NCBI GenBank assembly: GCA_030917815.1
Contig: JAUPTZ010000001.1
Span: 2,102 to 66,101, forward strand
Direction of reading: 5' to 3'
DNA length: 64,000 nt
From: Candidatus Babelota bacterium
GTDB taxonomy: Bacteria > Babelota > Babeliae > Babelales > JAUPTZ01
Under the pieces are notes generated by a model. The model ran no database searches and was not told where the DNA came from. It was given only the letters and a program-made list of their open reading frames with translations. Below are positions 18,123 to 26,704 of this stretch, one piece after another (within the stretch, counting starts at the first letter, position 1; each line of letters starts with the position of its first letter). Position numbers and translations under genes: made by a program.

Positions 18123-18842
18123 ATGTCAGGTCATTCTAAATGGGCGAATATTAAGCATAAAAAAGAAAAAGAAGATATTAAGAAGGGTAAGGTATTTACC
18201 AAGCTCGTGCGTGAAATAACGATTGCTGCTCGTGATGGTGGTGGCGATCCGGCTATGAATATTCGGCTACGTCTTTTTGTTGATAAGGCAAAAGCGGCCA
18301 ACATGCCGAGTGACAATATTACTCGGGCTATCAAAAAAGGTACCGGTGAGATTGCCGGCAATGCCTATGAAAGCATTTCGTACGAAGGATATGGACCGCA
18401 CGGGGTTGCAGTGATTGTGGAAGCGTTAACCGATAATAAGAATCGCACCGCTTCTGAAGTGCGTCATGCCTTTGGTAAAGGAGGAGGCAGTTTGGGCGGT
18501 GACGGGAGCGTTTCCTGGATGTTTGCACGTCGCGGTGTGGTCACCTTGCATGCAACCACCAAGAGCGAGGATGAGCTTCTTGAGATTTTCTTGGAACACA
18601 ATATTGATACTATTGATATTGACGAGAATCAGGTGCGTATTGTTGGCGAACCATCGGAGCTCTTTGTTATTAAGGCAACGGCCGACAAAGCCGGTCTGAA
18701 AGTCGATACGGTACAACTCGAGTGGATACCAACTACCTTTACGACGGTGACCGATCCGGTTGCTGAAGAGAAGGTGTATAATTTTTTGAGCATGCTGGAT
18801 GAGCTCGATGACGTACAGCACGTTTTTGCCAATATAGCCTGA
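18123..18842 (+). CDS. yebC: YebC/PmpR family DNA-binding regulator
   Basis: Canonical N-terminus MSGHSKWANIKHKK at ATG 18123; the ORF-track start 18105 adds 6 aa. Family motifs EGYGPHGVAVIVEALTDNKNRT are present. Confidence 0.9.
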   Translation: MSGHSKWANIKHKKEKEDIKKGKVFTKLVREITIAARDGGGDPAMNIRLRLFVDKAKAANMPSDNITRAIKKGTGEIAGNAYESISYEGYGPHGVAVIVEALTDNKNRTASEVRHAFGKGGGSLGGDGSVSWMFARRGVVTLHATTKSEDELLEIFLEHNIDTIDIDENQVRIVGEPSELFVIKATADKAGLKVDTVQLEWIPTTFTTVTDPVAEEKVYNFLSMLDELDDVQHVFANIA

Positions 18843-18860
18843 GGCCTTACTACTGGGCTG

Positions 18861-18915
18861 CTGGATTGCCGCGGCTTTATAGAAAAAGCCTCGCAATGAC
18901 GGCAGTAGCCGTCTA
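18861..18915 (+). repeat. intergenic palindromic repeat module M1, copy 1
   Basis: CTGGATTGCCGCGGCT...AGCCTCGCAATGACGGCAGTAGCCGTCTA matches 38410..38461. It contains the hairpin GACGGC-N4-GCCGTC. Confidence 0.8.
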
Positions 18916-18953
18916 TAGAGTTTAGAGTAGGATAATATATCGCTAATTAATAT

Positions 18954-19002
18954 GCGCGTCATCACGAGGGCTGCCTTGTCAGCCAGTGGTGATCCAGGTA
19001 GA
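18954..19002 (+). repeat. intergenic palindromic repeat module M2, copy 1
   Basis: GCGCGTCATCACGAGGGCTGCCTTGTCAGCCAGTGGTGATCCAGGTAGA matches the two halves of 38278..38387. It can form the hairpin TCATCAC..GGCTG/CAGCC..GTGGTGA. Confidence 0.8.
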
Positions 19003-19016
19003 ATAAATCCAGAATG

Positions 19017-19046
19017 CTCCTCGCAATGACGGCGAACGCCGTCGTG
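19017..19046 (+). repeat. partial third copy of the M1 core (CCTCGCAATGACGGC-N3-GCCGTC)
   Basis: CTCCTCGCAATGACGGCGAACGCCGTCGTG. Confidence 0.7.
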
Positions 19047-19139
19047 GGAAACAAGTACATTGAACCGCGCTGCCCGTGGGCAGTTCGTCTCATATCAACT
19101 ATGAAAGATGGTAAGCGAATGAAACTTCAAGAGAATTCT

Positions 19140-20030
19140 ATGATTACCAGCATGACCGGCTTCGCTAATGTCTCGGTTATTTTACTTGAGCATAATGGTG
19201 AGCAATGTAGCGTTGATATCGAAATAAAAACCTTTAATTCAAGGTTTTTTGAGCCGACCTGCAAGATGCCTAACGCGTTGAGTTCCTACGAGATGGATCT
19301 GATTTCACGTATGAAAAGTGGCCTTATCCGTGGTCGTGTCTACTGTACGGTACGGATTAACAGCCACGGTGCGTTGCTTGAGAAAACCGTTTTTTCACCG
19401 GTTCGCGTTGAAGAATATCTTGAAGCCAGTGCCTATATGAAAAAGCAGTTCGGGCTTGATGGTCAACTGACTATTGCCGATATGATGAATTTGCCACAGG
19501 TGTTCTCTTCTGAGCGCGCTGCGTTATCCGATGACGCGGTTGCCCGATTTTTGGCCGGCGTTGATCAAGCGGTTGCTCAGGTTATTGTTGCTCGCAAGCA
19601 GGAGGGCAAGAGTCTCTTGGTTGATTTGAGTAATCGATTAGTGGTTATTGTAAAGACGATGACCGAAATCGAAGCGTTGACCGCTCGTTTATTGGTGGCT
19701 CAGAAAGAGGAAGTTGCGCGTTGTCAGCAATTAGCACAGGAGGGTGACGAGGCGGCTCGTGCCTTATTGCCTGAGCGACTACAGGCGCTTGATAAAATGG
19801 ATGTTCATGAGGAAATTGTACGTTTTGGTTCACACGTAAGCGCCATTGAGCGGTTATTGTCCGATACCGCTATGGAAAAAGGGCGTAAGCTCGATTTTAC
19901 CCTTCAAGAATTAATGCGCGAAGTGAATACGGTGACCTCAAAGTGTACTAATTACGAGATGAGCACCCGCGCGGTAGATATTAAGGTGGAAATTGAGAAA
20001 ATACGGGAACAAGTGCAAAACATTGTATGA
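19140..20030 (+). CDS. yicC: YicC family stress-induced protein
   Basis: N-terminus MITSMTGFA is typical of YicC. The C-terminal DUF1732-type motif GRKLDFTLQELMREVNTVTSK...IEKIREQVQNIV is present. The ORF-track start 19014 lies inside a repeat element and is unlikely. Confidence 0.85.
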   Translation: MITSMTGFANVSVILLEHNGEQCSVDIEIKTFNSRFFEPTCKMPNALSSYEMDLISRMKSGLIRGRVYCTVRINSHGALLEKTVFSPVRVEEYLEASAYMKKQFGLDGQLTIADMMNLPQVFSSERAALSDDAVARFLAGVDQAVAQVIVARKQEGKSLLVDLSNRLVVIVKTMTEIEALTARLLVAQKEEVARCQQLAQEGDEAARALLPERLQALDKMDVHEEIVRFGSHVSAIERLLSDTAMEKGRKLDFTLQELMREVNTVTSKCTNYEMSTRAVDIKVEIEKIREQVQNIV

Positions 20031-20093
20031 TGATAGGTGATGTGGCTAAGGTAGAGGGCGGGGTACCGGTGTCATGAGGTTCTGGGGGGAACA

Positions 20094-21809
20094 ATGAAAA
20101 AGCTACAAGTCTATCTAATATGCCTGGCTTCAATGCCAGCACTATTTGTTCATGCGCGGCATGATGCCGTCCTTGCTGGTGGATTGAGCGCGGCCGCTCT
20201 TTCAGGACTTGTTTTGGCGGTCGAGAAAGCCCGAGTTAATCGGTTAGAAGAGGAGGTGGGTCGGCTGCGTGCATCTGGTGCGAGCGAAGAAAGCATTCAA
20301 AGAATTCGTACGCAGATTGCAACGGTTCCTTTATATCACAAGGTAGCCCGTGTGGGCCTTCCGGTTGGTGGTATTCTTGCGGCGGCCGGATTTTTTATGC
20401 CGCAGTCGGTCGAGGGTAATCGAGATGCCGATTCGACTCAAGCTACTAATACGGTAGTGGTGGCGCCGGTTGTCACAAAGCGGCCGCTTGTTCCTACCGG
20501 TGATGGTGTGGCCAAACCTGATTCTAAACCAGATTCTAAGCCGGCAGTTAAGAAGCGCTCCGGTAAAGACGGCGAGCGGGCGATTGATGCTGATATTAGT
20601 GCGATGATTGATGCGGCGAGCGATCGCGGTGTGGCGGTGTCAAAGAAAACGTTTGTGCATGTGCCGGTTGCCGGTGATGGTAATTGTGGTTTCCATACTC
20701 TTGGTTTCTTTGCCAACATGCTTGATAGTGAAAGTTATGAGAAGAAGCTTTTTCGTGCTGAAGCGGGCGATATTGCCCAGATTCGTCGTTCAACCTACGA
20801 AAAAATGAAAGAATTGGTTGAGCAGGAATTAGCGGCACTTGATAAGGCCGGTATTCGTACCGTTCGCGACCTTGAAGATGCTAATAAAAAAGAGGCTTCC
20901 GGCTATCGGTATCCGTGGGTGGTACGCTTGGCAAGTAGATTTAATGATGCCGAGGTCTTTGGCTATGATTCCGGCTTGAGTCGTCAGGACGTATGCGAGC
21001 AACTGCTGCTAGGTGACCCGGACTGTATGAAGCAGGTAGCGGCTCGACTTAACCTCACCAGTCGATATAAGATGTCTGATGATCAAATTGTGGCGTCGAT
21101 GAGGTCTGTCGGGGGCGTTGGGGCCTTTTTTGAAGCGGTGGAGCAAGAGGTTGCTCAACGGCTTACGTCAAAGGTAAAAGTCTATGTTGGCCAGGTCTGT
21201 GCCGATATTGATGAATGTGCCGAGATGTCTGATGATCAAAAATTTATGTATATTAAACAGCATCCCGATCTTGCAGCCGCTCTGCTTAACCGCTTTGCGT
21301 TGCCTCGGTACACCGGTGCTATTAAGCCGGGCAGAACAGGAACTATTACCGAAGAGGATCATTTTGAGGTACACAGCGGTCTTTTGGATGATAAACGAGC
21401 AGTAAGCGCGCAGGCGTGGATCGGTATTTTGGCTCGCCGCCAAGCAAATACGCTTGAGCGTGCCGCATCTGAAGCGGTACCTCTGAGGCCGCTTGCCAAA
21501 AAGATGCTCGGGCACTATCGGCAGATAGTGGGCGAAGGGGAGAATGTTGTGCTTGCAAACAGCGAGCACGCATCGGCCTGGTTGGATAAAATTGAGTTTG
21601 ATGTTAAGGCTGAAGAGATGGAGCGCCCAATACTTATTTGGGAGCGTGATGGGAGTGGCTATAAGGTAGCCTCAATTTCTGGTAAGCAGTATTGGGAAAA
21701 ATGTGGCAAGGAAATGACCGAATGTATGCATGTACTGAATGAGGGGAATGGGCATTGGTCGGTCTTGGTTCCAGAAGCAGGGCTTCCTATGCCAATGATG
21801 GAAGAGTAA
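20094..21809 (+). CDS. membrane-anchored OTU-like cysteine protease (putative deubiquitinase), paralog 1
   Basis: Leader with three hydrophobic segments and a KPDSKPDSKP linker. Cys box HVPVAGDGNCGFHTLGF (OTU-type D-G-N-C) and C-terminal His box LNEGNGHWSVLVP are present. Confidence 0.6.
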   Translation: MKKLQVYLICLASMPALFVHARHDAVLAGGLSAAALSGLVLAVEKARVNRLEEEVGRLRASGASEESIQRIRTQIATVPLYHKVARVGLPVGGILAAAGFFMPQSVEGNRDADSTQATNTVVVAPVVTKRPLVPTGDGVAKPDSKPDSKPAVKKRSGKDGERAIDADISAMIDAASDRGVAVSKKTFVHVPVAGDGNCGFHTLGFFANMLDSESYEKKLFRAEAGDIAQIRRSTYEKMKELVEQELAALDKAGIRTVRDLEDANKKEASGYRYPWVVRLASRFNDAEVFGYDSGLSRQDVCEQLLLGDPDCMKQVAARLNLTSRYKMSDDQIVASMRSVGGVGAFFEAVEQEVAQRLTSKVKVYVGQVCADIDECAEMSDDQKFMYIKQHPDLAAALLNRFALPRYTGAIKPGRTGTITEEDHFEVHSGLLDDKRAVSAQAWIGILARRQANTLERAASEAVPLRPLAKKMLGHYRQIVGEGENVVLANSEHASAWLDKIEFDVKAEEMERPILIWERDGSGYKVASISGKQYWEKCGKEMTECMHVLNEGNGHWSVLVPEAGLPMPMMEE

Positions 21810-21814
21810 TGTTT

Positions 21815-23764
21815 ATGAAAAAATGGTTGGTACCTTGTTTGGTGGCAGTTGGTCTGGCGACAGCCCCCGTTAGTGCGTGGAGTAGTCGCCATGTGGTTGG
21901 CGCAAGTGGCGTGGGTGTGACTACGTTGGCCGGGATGGTCGTCTGGCTGACACAGAAGAAAATTAATCGTCTTGAGACTCGCTTGGCTCGTCTACAGCCA
22001 ACGAAGGCTCCGGTTACGCCGTTGGCAGCGATGTGCATGAAGCAGATTACTACCGAGATTGAGCGGCTTACCCTTATGCGCAATGTGGCCTTGCCTTTCT
22101 TGCCTATTGGGGTTGGCCTCATGGGCGGCGCCGGGCTTTCCTGGTGGCGCAATCGGGGTAAGGAGATCGAAGAATCGCCCGATTACCAACCGATTCATCC
22201 GAAGCCGGACGCATCCGGTAAGCGGTTGGGTTCACGTTTAGCTACGTGGACCGTTCCGCATGATTTACTGGCCGAGGTGTCGGCCGACGTGAATCGTAGT
22301 GCTGCCTATAAAGAGGCCGGGCTTACTGAGCACTGCTATTCGCAAGAAGGGCGATCCGGTACCGGTTTTATCGCGAAAAATGACGATGAGGCCGCGTTTG
22401 TACTGGCCGATATGATAGTTCACCACACGGAAAAGGGTCTGGTGGTGCCGGAGAGCTACTTTAATAATATTGATATGGATGGCAGTACCTTGGATTGTGG
22501 TTTCAACGCTATCAGTTTTTACCGTGGTTTGCGAAAGAATAAGAAATATGGACTTGCGCGCTATCGTGGCAGTGATATCGCAGAAGTGCGCCAAGCGCTT
22601 GCGGCAAAGATGAAAGAACGGGTTGAGGCCGAGTTGGCTCAATTGGAGAAGAGGGGCATTGGATATGTTGGTCTTTTTGAGCAAATCAATGAGCCTTGCT
22701 GGGTGGACGGCAAGGTAATGGCCGGAAGAGTGGGGCCTACTATTCTGGGACTCATTGATCGATTTAGTGATGCTGCGGGTGGAGATGTTCTTTCACGATC
22801 GGTCGTTGGTCTAGAGCTTTTTAAGGAGCATGCGGCGGCGGCGCACGAGGTTGTTGCGAGGCTGGATCTTGCGCGGCGGTATGGCAAAACAGAAGATGAA
22901 TTGGTTGAAATAATACAGAAATATGGATTTAGCAGGATGGTTGAGGCTGGCGAAACAAATCATGGGAAAGCGGTTGTTGCCGGGATCAATGAGTATTTGG
23001 TAGCGGCCTGCAAGGACGTACCGAGCGAGAAAGAAATGTCTGCGGAAGAGCGGTTCATGTATGTTAAGAGCCATCCTGAGTTAGCGGTTGCTATGGTTAA
23101 GCGGTTTGCGTTACCGTTTTATACCGGTGCACAAAAACCGAGTAAGCGCGGGGAGGCAATTACCGAAGAAGATGATGTTAAGGAGCTGCTAGATCGCTTG
23201 CATGAAGATCGCAATAAGAGCGCTGAGGCGTGGATAAAAAACCTTGCTTTTCGTGAGACCAGTGCGATCGATGAGGCGGCTTATAAAAATTGTGTAAAGC
23301 TCCGCCCACTTGTCGAAAAAATGCTTCATTATTACGAAGAAAATGTGGGCAAAGGGAAAACCTCATTTGAGGGGCATAGGCGATCCCGGTTCTTGGAAAG
23401 GACCGAACTTGATAATGAGGCCGAGATTGTGGGACGGCCTATTGTGCAATGGACTCATGTTGATGGGCACTATGTGGTAGCTTCGGTTTCTGGGGGGCGA
23501 TACTTTGAAGCGGTAGGTAAAAAGATGAGCGAGTGTATGCATATGCTCAATGAAGGTAACGGTCACTGGCGTGCATTGGTTCCGGCTAAAAATGATGATT
23601 TAACCGTAGAGAGAGTAGTGCCGGCCGCTTTCGCCGACCTTGCTGATGGTTGGGAAGATTGGATGGGGTACGATTCCTTCGACGATTTTAGCGTTGATAG
23701 CGAGGATCTCGATGAAGAAGAGTCGGAACGGTCTGACACAGAGGCTAAAGGAGCGGCAGCTTAG
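21815..23764 (+). CDS. membrane-anchored OTU-like cysteine protease, paralog 2
   Basis: Starts MKKWLVPCLVAVGLATAPVSA; an ATG at 21809 overlapping the upstream TAA (TAATG) is also possible. Cys box DGSTLDCGFNAISFY and His box LNEGNGHWRALVP are present. It is collinear with 20094..21809 and has an acidic C-terminal tail. Confidence 0.55.
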   Translation: MKKWLVPCLVAVGLATAPVSAWSSRHVVGASGVGVTTLAGMVVWLTQKKINRLETRLARLQPTKAPVTPLAAMCMKQITTEIERLTLMRNVALPFLPIGVGLMGGAGLSWWRNRGKEIEESPDYQPIHPKPDASGKRLGSRLATWTVPHDLLAEVSADVNRSAAYKEAGLTEHCYSQEGRSGTGFIAKNDDEAAFVLADMIVHHTEKGLVVPESYFNNIDMDGSTLDCGFNAISFYRGLRKNKKYGLARYRGSDIAEVRQALAAKMKERVEAELAQLEKRGIGYVGLFEQINEPCWVDGKVMAGRVGPTILGLIDRFSDAAGGDVLSRSVVGLELFKEHAAAAHEVVARLDLARRYGKTEDELVEIIQKYGFSRMVEAGETNHGKAVVAGINEYLVAACKDVPSEKEMSAEERFMYVKSHPELAVAMVKRFALPFYTGAQKPSKRGEAITEEDDVKELLDRLHEDRNKSAEAWIKNLAFRETSAIDEAAYKNCVKLRPLVEKMLHYYEENVGKGKTSFEGHRRSRFLERTELDNEAEIVGRPIVQWTHVDGHYVVASVSGGRYFEAVGKKMSECMHMLNEGNGHWRALVPAKNDDLTVERVVPAAFADLADGWEDWMGYDSFDDFSVDSEDLDEEESERSDTEAKGAAA

Positions 23765-23921
23765 TCATCTTTTATACTAATGGAATCATGTGTTTTGGGG
23801 GAAAGCCGAAACTTTTTCTCCAAATTATTCCAGCTTTGTGATAGTCTCTGCTATTATTGTAAAGTGTATGTTACGTTTTTTGCCTAGTAAATTGTTTTTT
23901 CAGCCTTTGTTTGGGGGATGT

Positions 23922-26150
23922 ATGTTACGAGATAAAATTTTTATAATGCTAGCCGCCGTTTTTGTGAGCGGTTTTGTGGTTAATGAGTGTTCGGCCATGG
24001 ACCGTGACGTGTACGGTGCGCAACAGGCGTATATAGCTGCTTCGCAGCTTGCTAACGCAGAAGTACAGAATCTGCGAGCTTCGGCGGTACAGGCTAGAGC
24101 TGACTTGGATGCAGCGGTTGCAAATGGTCGGGCTCGGCTTGATCAATTGAAACGTGATGCTGAGGCCGCGGCCCAGCGAGCGGCAGCGGACGGTGTTGAT
24201 GCGTTGAAAGGCCAAGTGCAACAACAAATTCGGGCAGAACAACAGAGAGTAACTCAAGCGATTCAGGAGTGTGAGCGGAAAAAGCAGGAGCTCGCAGCTG
24301 ATTATGAAGAAAAGAAGCGAGGTTTGACTCGCGAGGTTGAGCAAAAGCGAAGAGAATTTGAAGAAGCAAACAGGCGGTTTGTGGAGCAGCATAAGCAAAC
24401 AACCGAAGCTGATCGTAGAAAAGCCGAGGAAATGCAACGTGCAAAGATTGCTGCGGACGAAAAGTTGCAGCAAGATCAGCAGGCATTTTTGCGAGCTGAG
24501 GCAGATGCTGGACCTGGCCGTCTTAAAGCACTCGAAAAAACTAAACTTGAGGCAGAGCAAGCAAAGCACTTGCAAAAAGTTCAGTTCGATCGTGATAATG
24601 CTGAGAACACCGCAATGCAAGCGTTGAGAATAGAAGCGCTTAAGGGCTCTGCGCTGCGTAAGGGTACCCCAACCGCCGCAGAGCTAGAAGCGGCACCGTA
24701 TAGTGATGAAGATGGTTATGATTACGACGCAATCATTGCCAAAATCAGAGCCGGAGGCACCGACGAGGATGCTTTGCGAGCTGACAAGATGCTTGAGCGC
24801 CGCCAAATTCAGCAGTCGATGGCCGATTATGAGCTTTTCAAGCGCTCTGCCGAAATTTCAGCCGAAGCAAAAATGTTAGAAGACAAAGAAATACAGGCGT
24901 ACGAAGCGGCATTGTTGCCGAAGCGTATTGCGGCACAAGCGGCAAAAGATATTCAAGAGCAAAAAGTTGCTGAAGTGTCGGCGCGTGAAACGGCGTTGAT
25001 GAACAACAAGTTTAAGCCGCTTGAATATAGAAATAACAAAGAAATGCTTAAGATGAAGATGGAAGGGCTCATGAACCTTGCCAAGATGGTTGGTGATGGG
25101 TTTACGCCTAAGAATGTTGCCCTTGCCGCTGCCGGTATCGGTGGTACTTACGGATTGGTCAAGTTGCTTGGCGTTGGTTCCCGTCAGTTGGAACGTATCC
25201 TGAAGCAACCGGTGTTGGTCCGTCATTCTTCACAAGGTGGTCCATTGACTAAGCTATTCCGTTCTATTTTCCCTAAAAAATCTGATCACGCTACCTACCA
25301 TTTGAGCGATATGATCTTGAACCCAGATCTTGCTAAAAAGCTTGAGCGGATTTCAAACATGATCAAGCTGGCTCAACAACATGGCGCACCATTGCCTGGT
25401 GTGGTGGCTTACGGTCTACCGGGTAACGGTAAGACGATGTTCATGGAAGCATTGGCAAACGATTCTGGTATGAACTTTGCAATGATGACCGGTGGCGACG
25501 TATCTGCCTTGCTTTCAAGCGGTGGTAAGAACGCGGCCGTTACCGAAATTCATAAGTTGTTTGACTGGGCAATTACCGCCGGACCAACATTGTTGTTTAT
25601 CGACGAAGCCGATGCGTTCCTTAAGAAAGGCCGTGATGCTAAGTTGAGTGAAGGCTTGGCCGCTGCGATTAACGCCTTCTTGAACCGTACCGGTGCTTCA
25701 AGCAACAAGGTGATGATTGTGTTGGCTACTAACCATCCACACGTGTTCGACGAAGCGGTGGCAAGTCGTATGTCGATCTGGGTTAACTTCCCAGCTCCTG
25801 GCTTTAACGAACGTGCTAAGATGTATGTTAAGTTCCTTGATGACGTGGTTAATGAAGGTGTGGGCGACGATCATACCCCAGTGGTTATTGTACCGGAAGC
25901 TCGTTCAGAAAACTTCGTTCAAGAAGTGGCAAAACGTACCGATGGCTACTCAGGTCGTGATATGACCCGTAAGATCTTCGACTCGTTGCAACGTGAAATG
26001 CTTGCCGAAGGTAAGTTCCAAGTAGATCGTTCGCTCATTATGCAAACGTTGAATGAGATCGATGCACAAGAAAAAGAATTGAACTCGTTTAACACCGTTG
26101 GAAACAATGGTTCGAGTTTCGTCAATCATGCGGCCGCTATCGCTGCGTAA
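23922..26150 (+). CDS. ATAD3-like protein: N-terminal hydrophobic segment, long coiled coil, central TM, C-terminal AAA+ ATPase
   Basis: ATG 23922 is preceded by GGGGGA. The AAA core GLPGNGKTMFMEALANDSGMNFAMMTGGDV...HKLFDWA...LLFIDEADAFLKKG...NAFLNRTGASSNKVMIVLATN closely matches my recollection of eukaryotic ATAD3 ([76 protein letters not shown]). The TM and juxtamembrane region ALAAAGIGGTYG...ILKQPVLVRHSS parallels ATAD3 ...ILGQPSLIRESS. Confidence 0.8.
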   Translation: MLRDKIFIMLAAVFVSGFVVNECSAMDRDVYGAQQAYIAASQLANAEVQNLRASAVQARADLDAAVANGRARLDQLKRDAEAAAQRAAADGVDALKGQVQQQIRAEQQRVTQAIQECERKKQELAADYEEKKRGLTREVEQKRREFEEANRRFVEQHKQTTEADRRKAEEMQRAKIAADEKLQQDQQAFLRAEADAGPGRLKALEKTKLEAEQAKHLQKVQFDRDNAENTAMQALRIEALKGSALRKGTPTAAELEAAPYSDEDGYDYDAIIAKIRAGGTDEDALRADKMLERRQIQQSMADYELFKRSAEISAEAKMLEDKEIQAYEAALLPKRIAAQAAKDIQEQKVAEVSARETALMNNKFKPLEYRNNKEMLKMKMEGLMNLAKMVGDGFTPKNVALAAAGIGGTYGLVKLLGVGSRQLERILKQPVLVRHSSQGGPLTKLFRSIFPKKSDHATYHLSDMILNPDLAKKLERISNMIKLAQQHGAPLPGVVAYGLPGNGKTMFMEALANDSGMNFAMMTGGDVSALLSSGGKNAAVTEIHKLFDWAITAGPTLLFIDEADAFLKKGRDAKLSEGLAAAINAFLNRTGASSNKVMIVLATNHPHVFDEAVASRMSIWVNFPAPGFNERAKMYVKFLDDVVNEGVGDDHTPVVIVPEARSENFVQEVAKRTDGYSGRDMTRKIFDSLQREMLAEGKFQVDRSLIMQTLNEIDAQEKELNSFNTVGNNGSSFVNHAAAIAA

Positions 26151-26167
26151 TACGACGATATAATTTT

Positions 26168-26201
26168 AAAGCGGGCCTGTGGGAAACCATGGGCCCGCTT
26201 T
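26168..26201 (+). terminator. hairpin terminator after the ATAD3-like gene
   Basis: AAAGCGGGCC...GGCCCGCTTT gives a 10-bp stem 18 nt after the stop; the T tract is weak. Confidence 0.6.
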
Positions 26202-26310
26202 GCGTTTGGCCGTATTGATTATTGTGTGTATTGTGTCACACCAAAGTAGTTCTTTCACAACATTCCCCCACACAATATTGTCACAAGCGTGTCATGTTTG
26301 AATCCGAAAT

Positions 26311-26439
26311 CGTGAGGCGATCGCGCACCAGGGCTACCACAGTCGCTCAAACATACATTTGAGACCTCCCCCCGATGGGGGAGATGAAAGTCTCAAGCCG
26401 TAACTCGCTTTGTGTGGCACCCTGGCTTACGCTTACCGC
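26311..26439 (-). repeat. ~110-130-nt structured intergenic element, copy A (inverted relative to copy B)
   Basis: The reverse complement aligns by eye with 30597..30700 through CAGGGTGCC, GCGAGTT, CGGCTTGAG, ATCTCCCC..GGGGAGG and TGGTAGCCCTG. The central hairpin is CTCCCC/GGGGAG; the ends are CAGGG(T/C)..(G)CCCTG. Confidence 0.7.
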
Positions 26440-26704
26440 ATTAAACATTGAACTTTTATTAAATCACCAGTGGCACAACGCTGCATGACTAATGGCCTGC
26501 GCAGAGCAGCTGAGCAATGGGGGTATGCTCTGCAAAACGCGAGTATCGGGGAGCGTGCAGAGCCGTACCCCTTGCGAGCATTCAGCAGGCCCTAAAGGGA
26601 GTGATATTTTTATTCTGGTAGAGTTGTGACACTATCACGTTGGTAAGACAGTTATTGTATGTACTGTTGAATTTATTACCCAAATCTCTTACGCTACAAT
26701 CATT

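Noticed and set aside
19014-23921. Longer N-terminal extensions given by the ORF track (yicC from 19014, OTU paralog 2 from 21755, ATAD3-like from 23790; also the phospholipase to 45826 and spoVG to 53106).
   Set aside because: The extensions run into repeat elements or the upstream gene and lack an SD. Internal ATG starts give canonical family N-termini or signal peptides (MITSMTGFA, MKKWLV.., MLRDKIFIMLAAV.., MKAHYIFLIL.., MEITEVKIYPV).
26350-26400. GGGGGAGATGAAAGTCTCAAGCC resembles the RNase P RNA P4 signature (GAGGAAAGUCCGGGC), and nearby CACCAGTGGCACAAC resembles another conserved M1 stretch.
   Set aside because: GAAAGTCTCAA pairs locally with the upstream TTGAGAC to form a simple hairpin that belongs to the repeated ~110-nt element. 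The 3' P4 partner (ACAGAAxCCGGCUUA) and the other universally conserved RNase P blocks are absent.
26233-26639. Repeated TGTCACA/TGTGACA motifs (26233..26243, 26278..26296, and TTGTGACACTATCACG at 26624..26639) that look CRP- or operator-like upstream of pgsA.
   Set aside because: The spacing does not match the CRP consensus (5 nt rather than 6 nt between half-sites). With only three short A/T/G/C-simple motifs I cannot separate them from chance. They are noted only as a possible operator.
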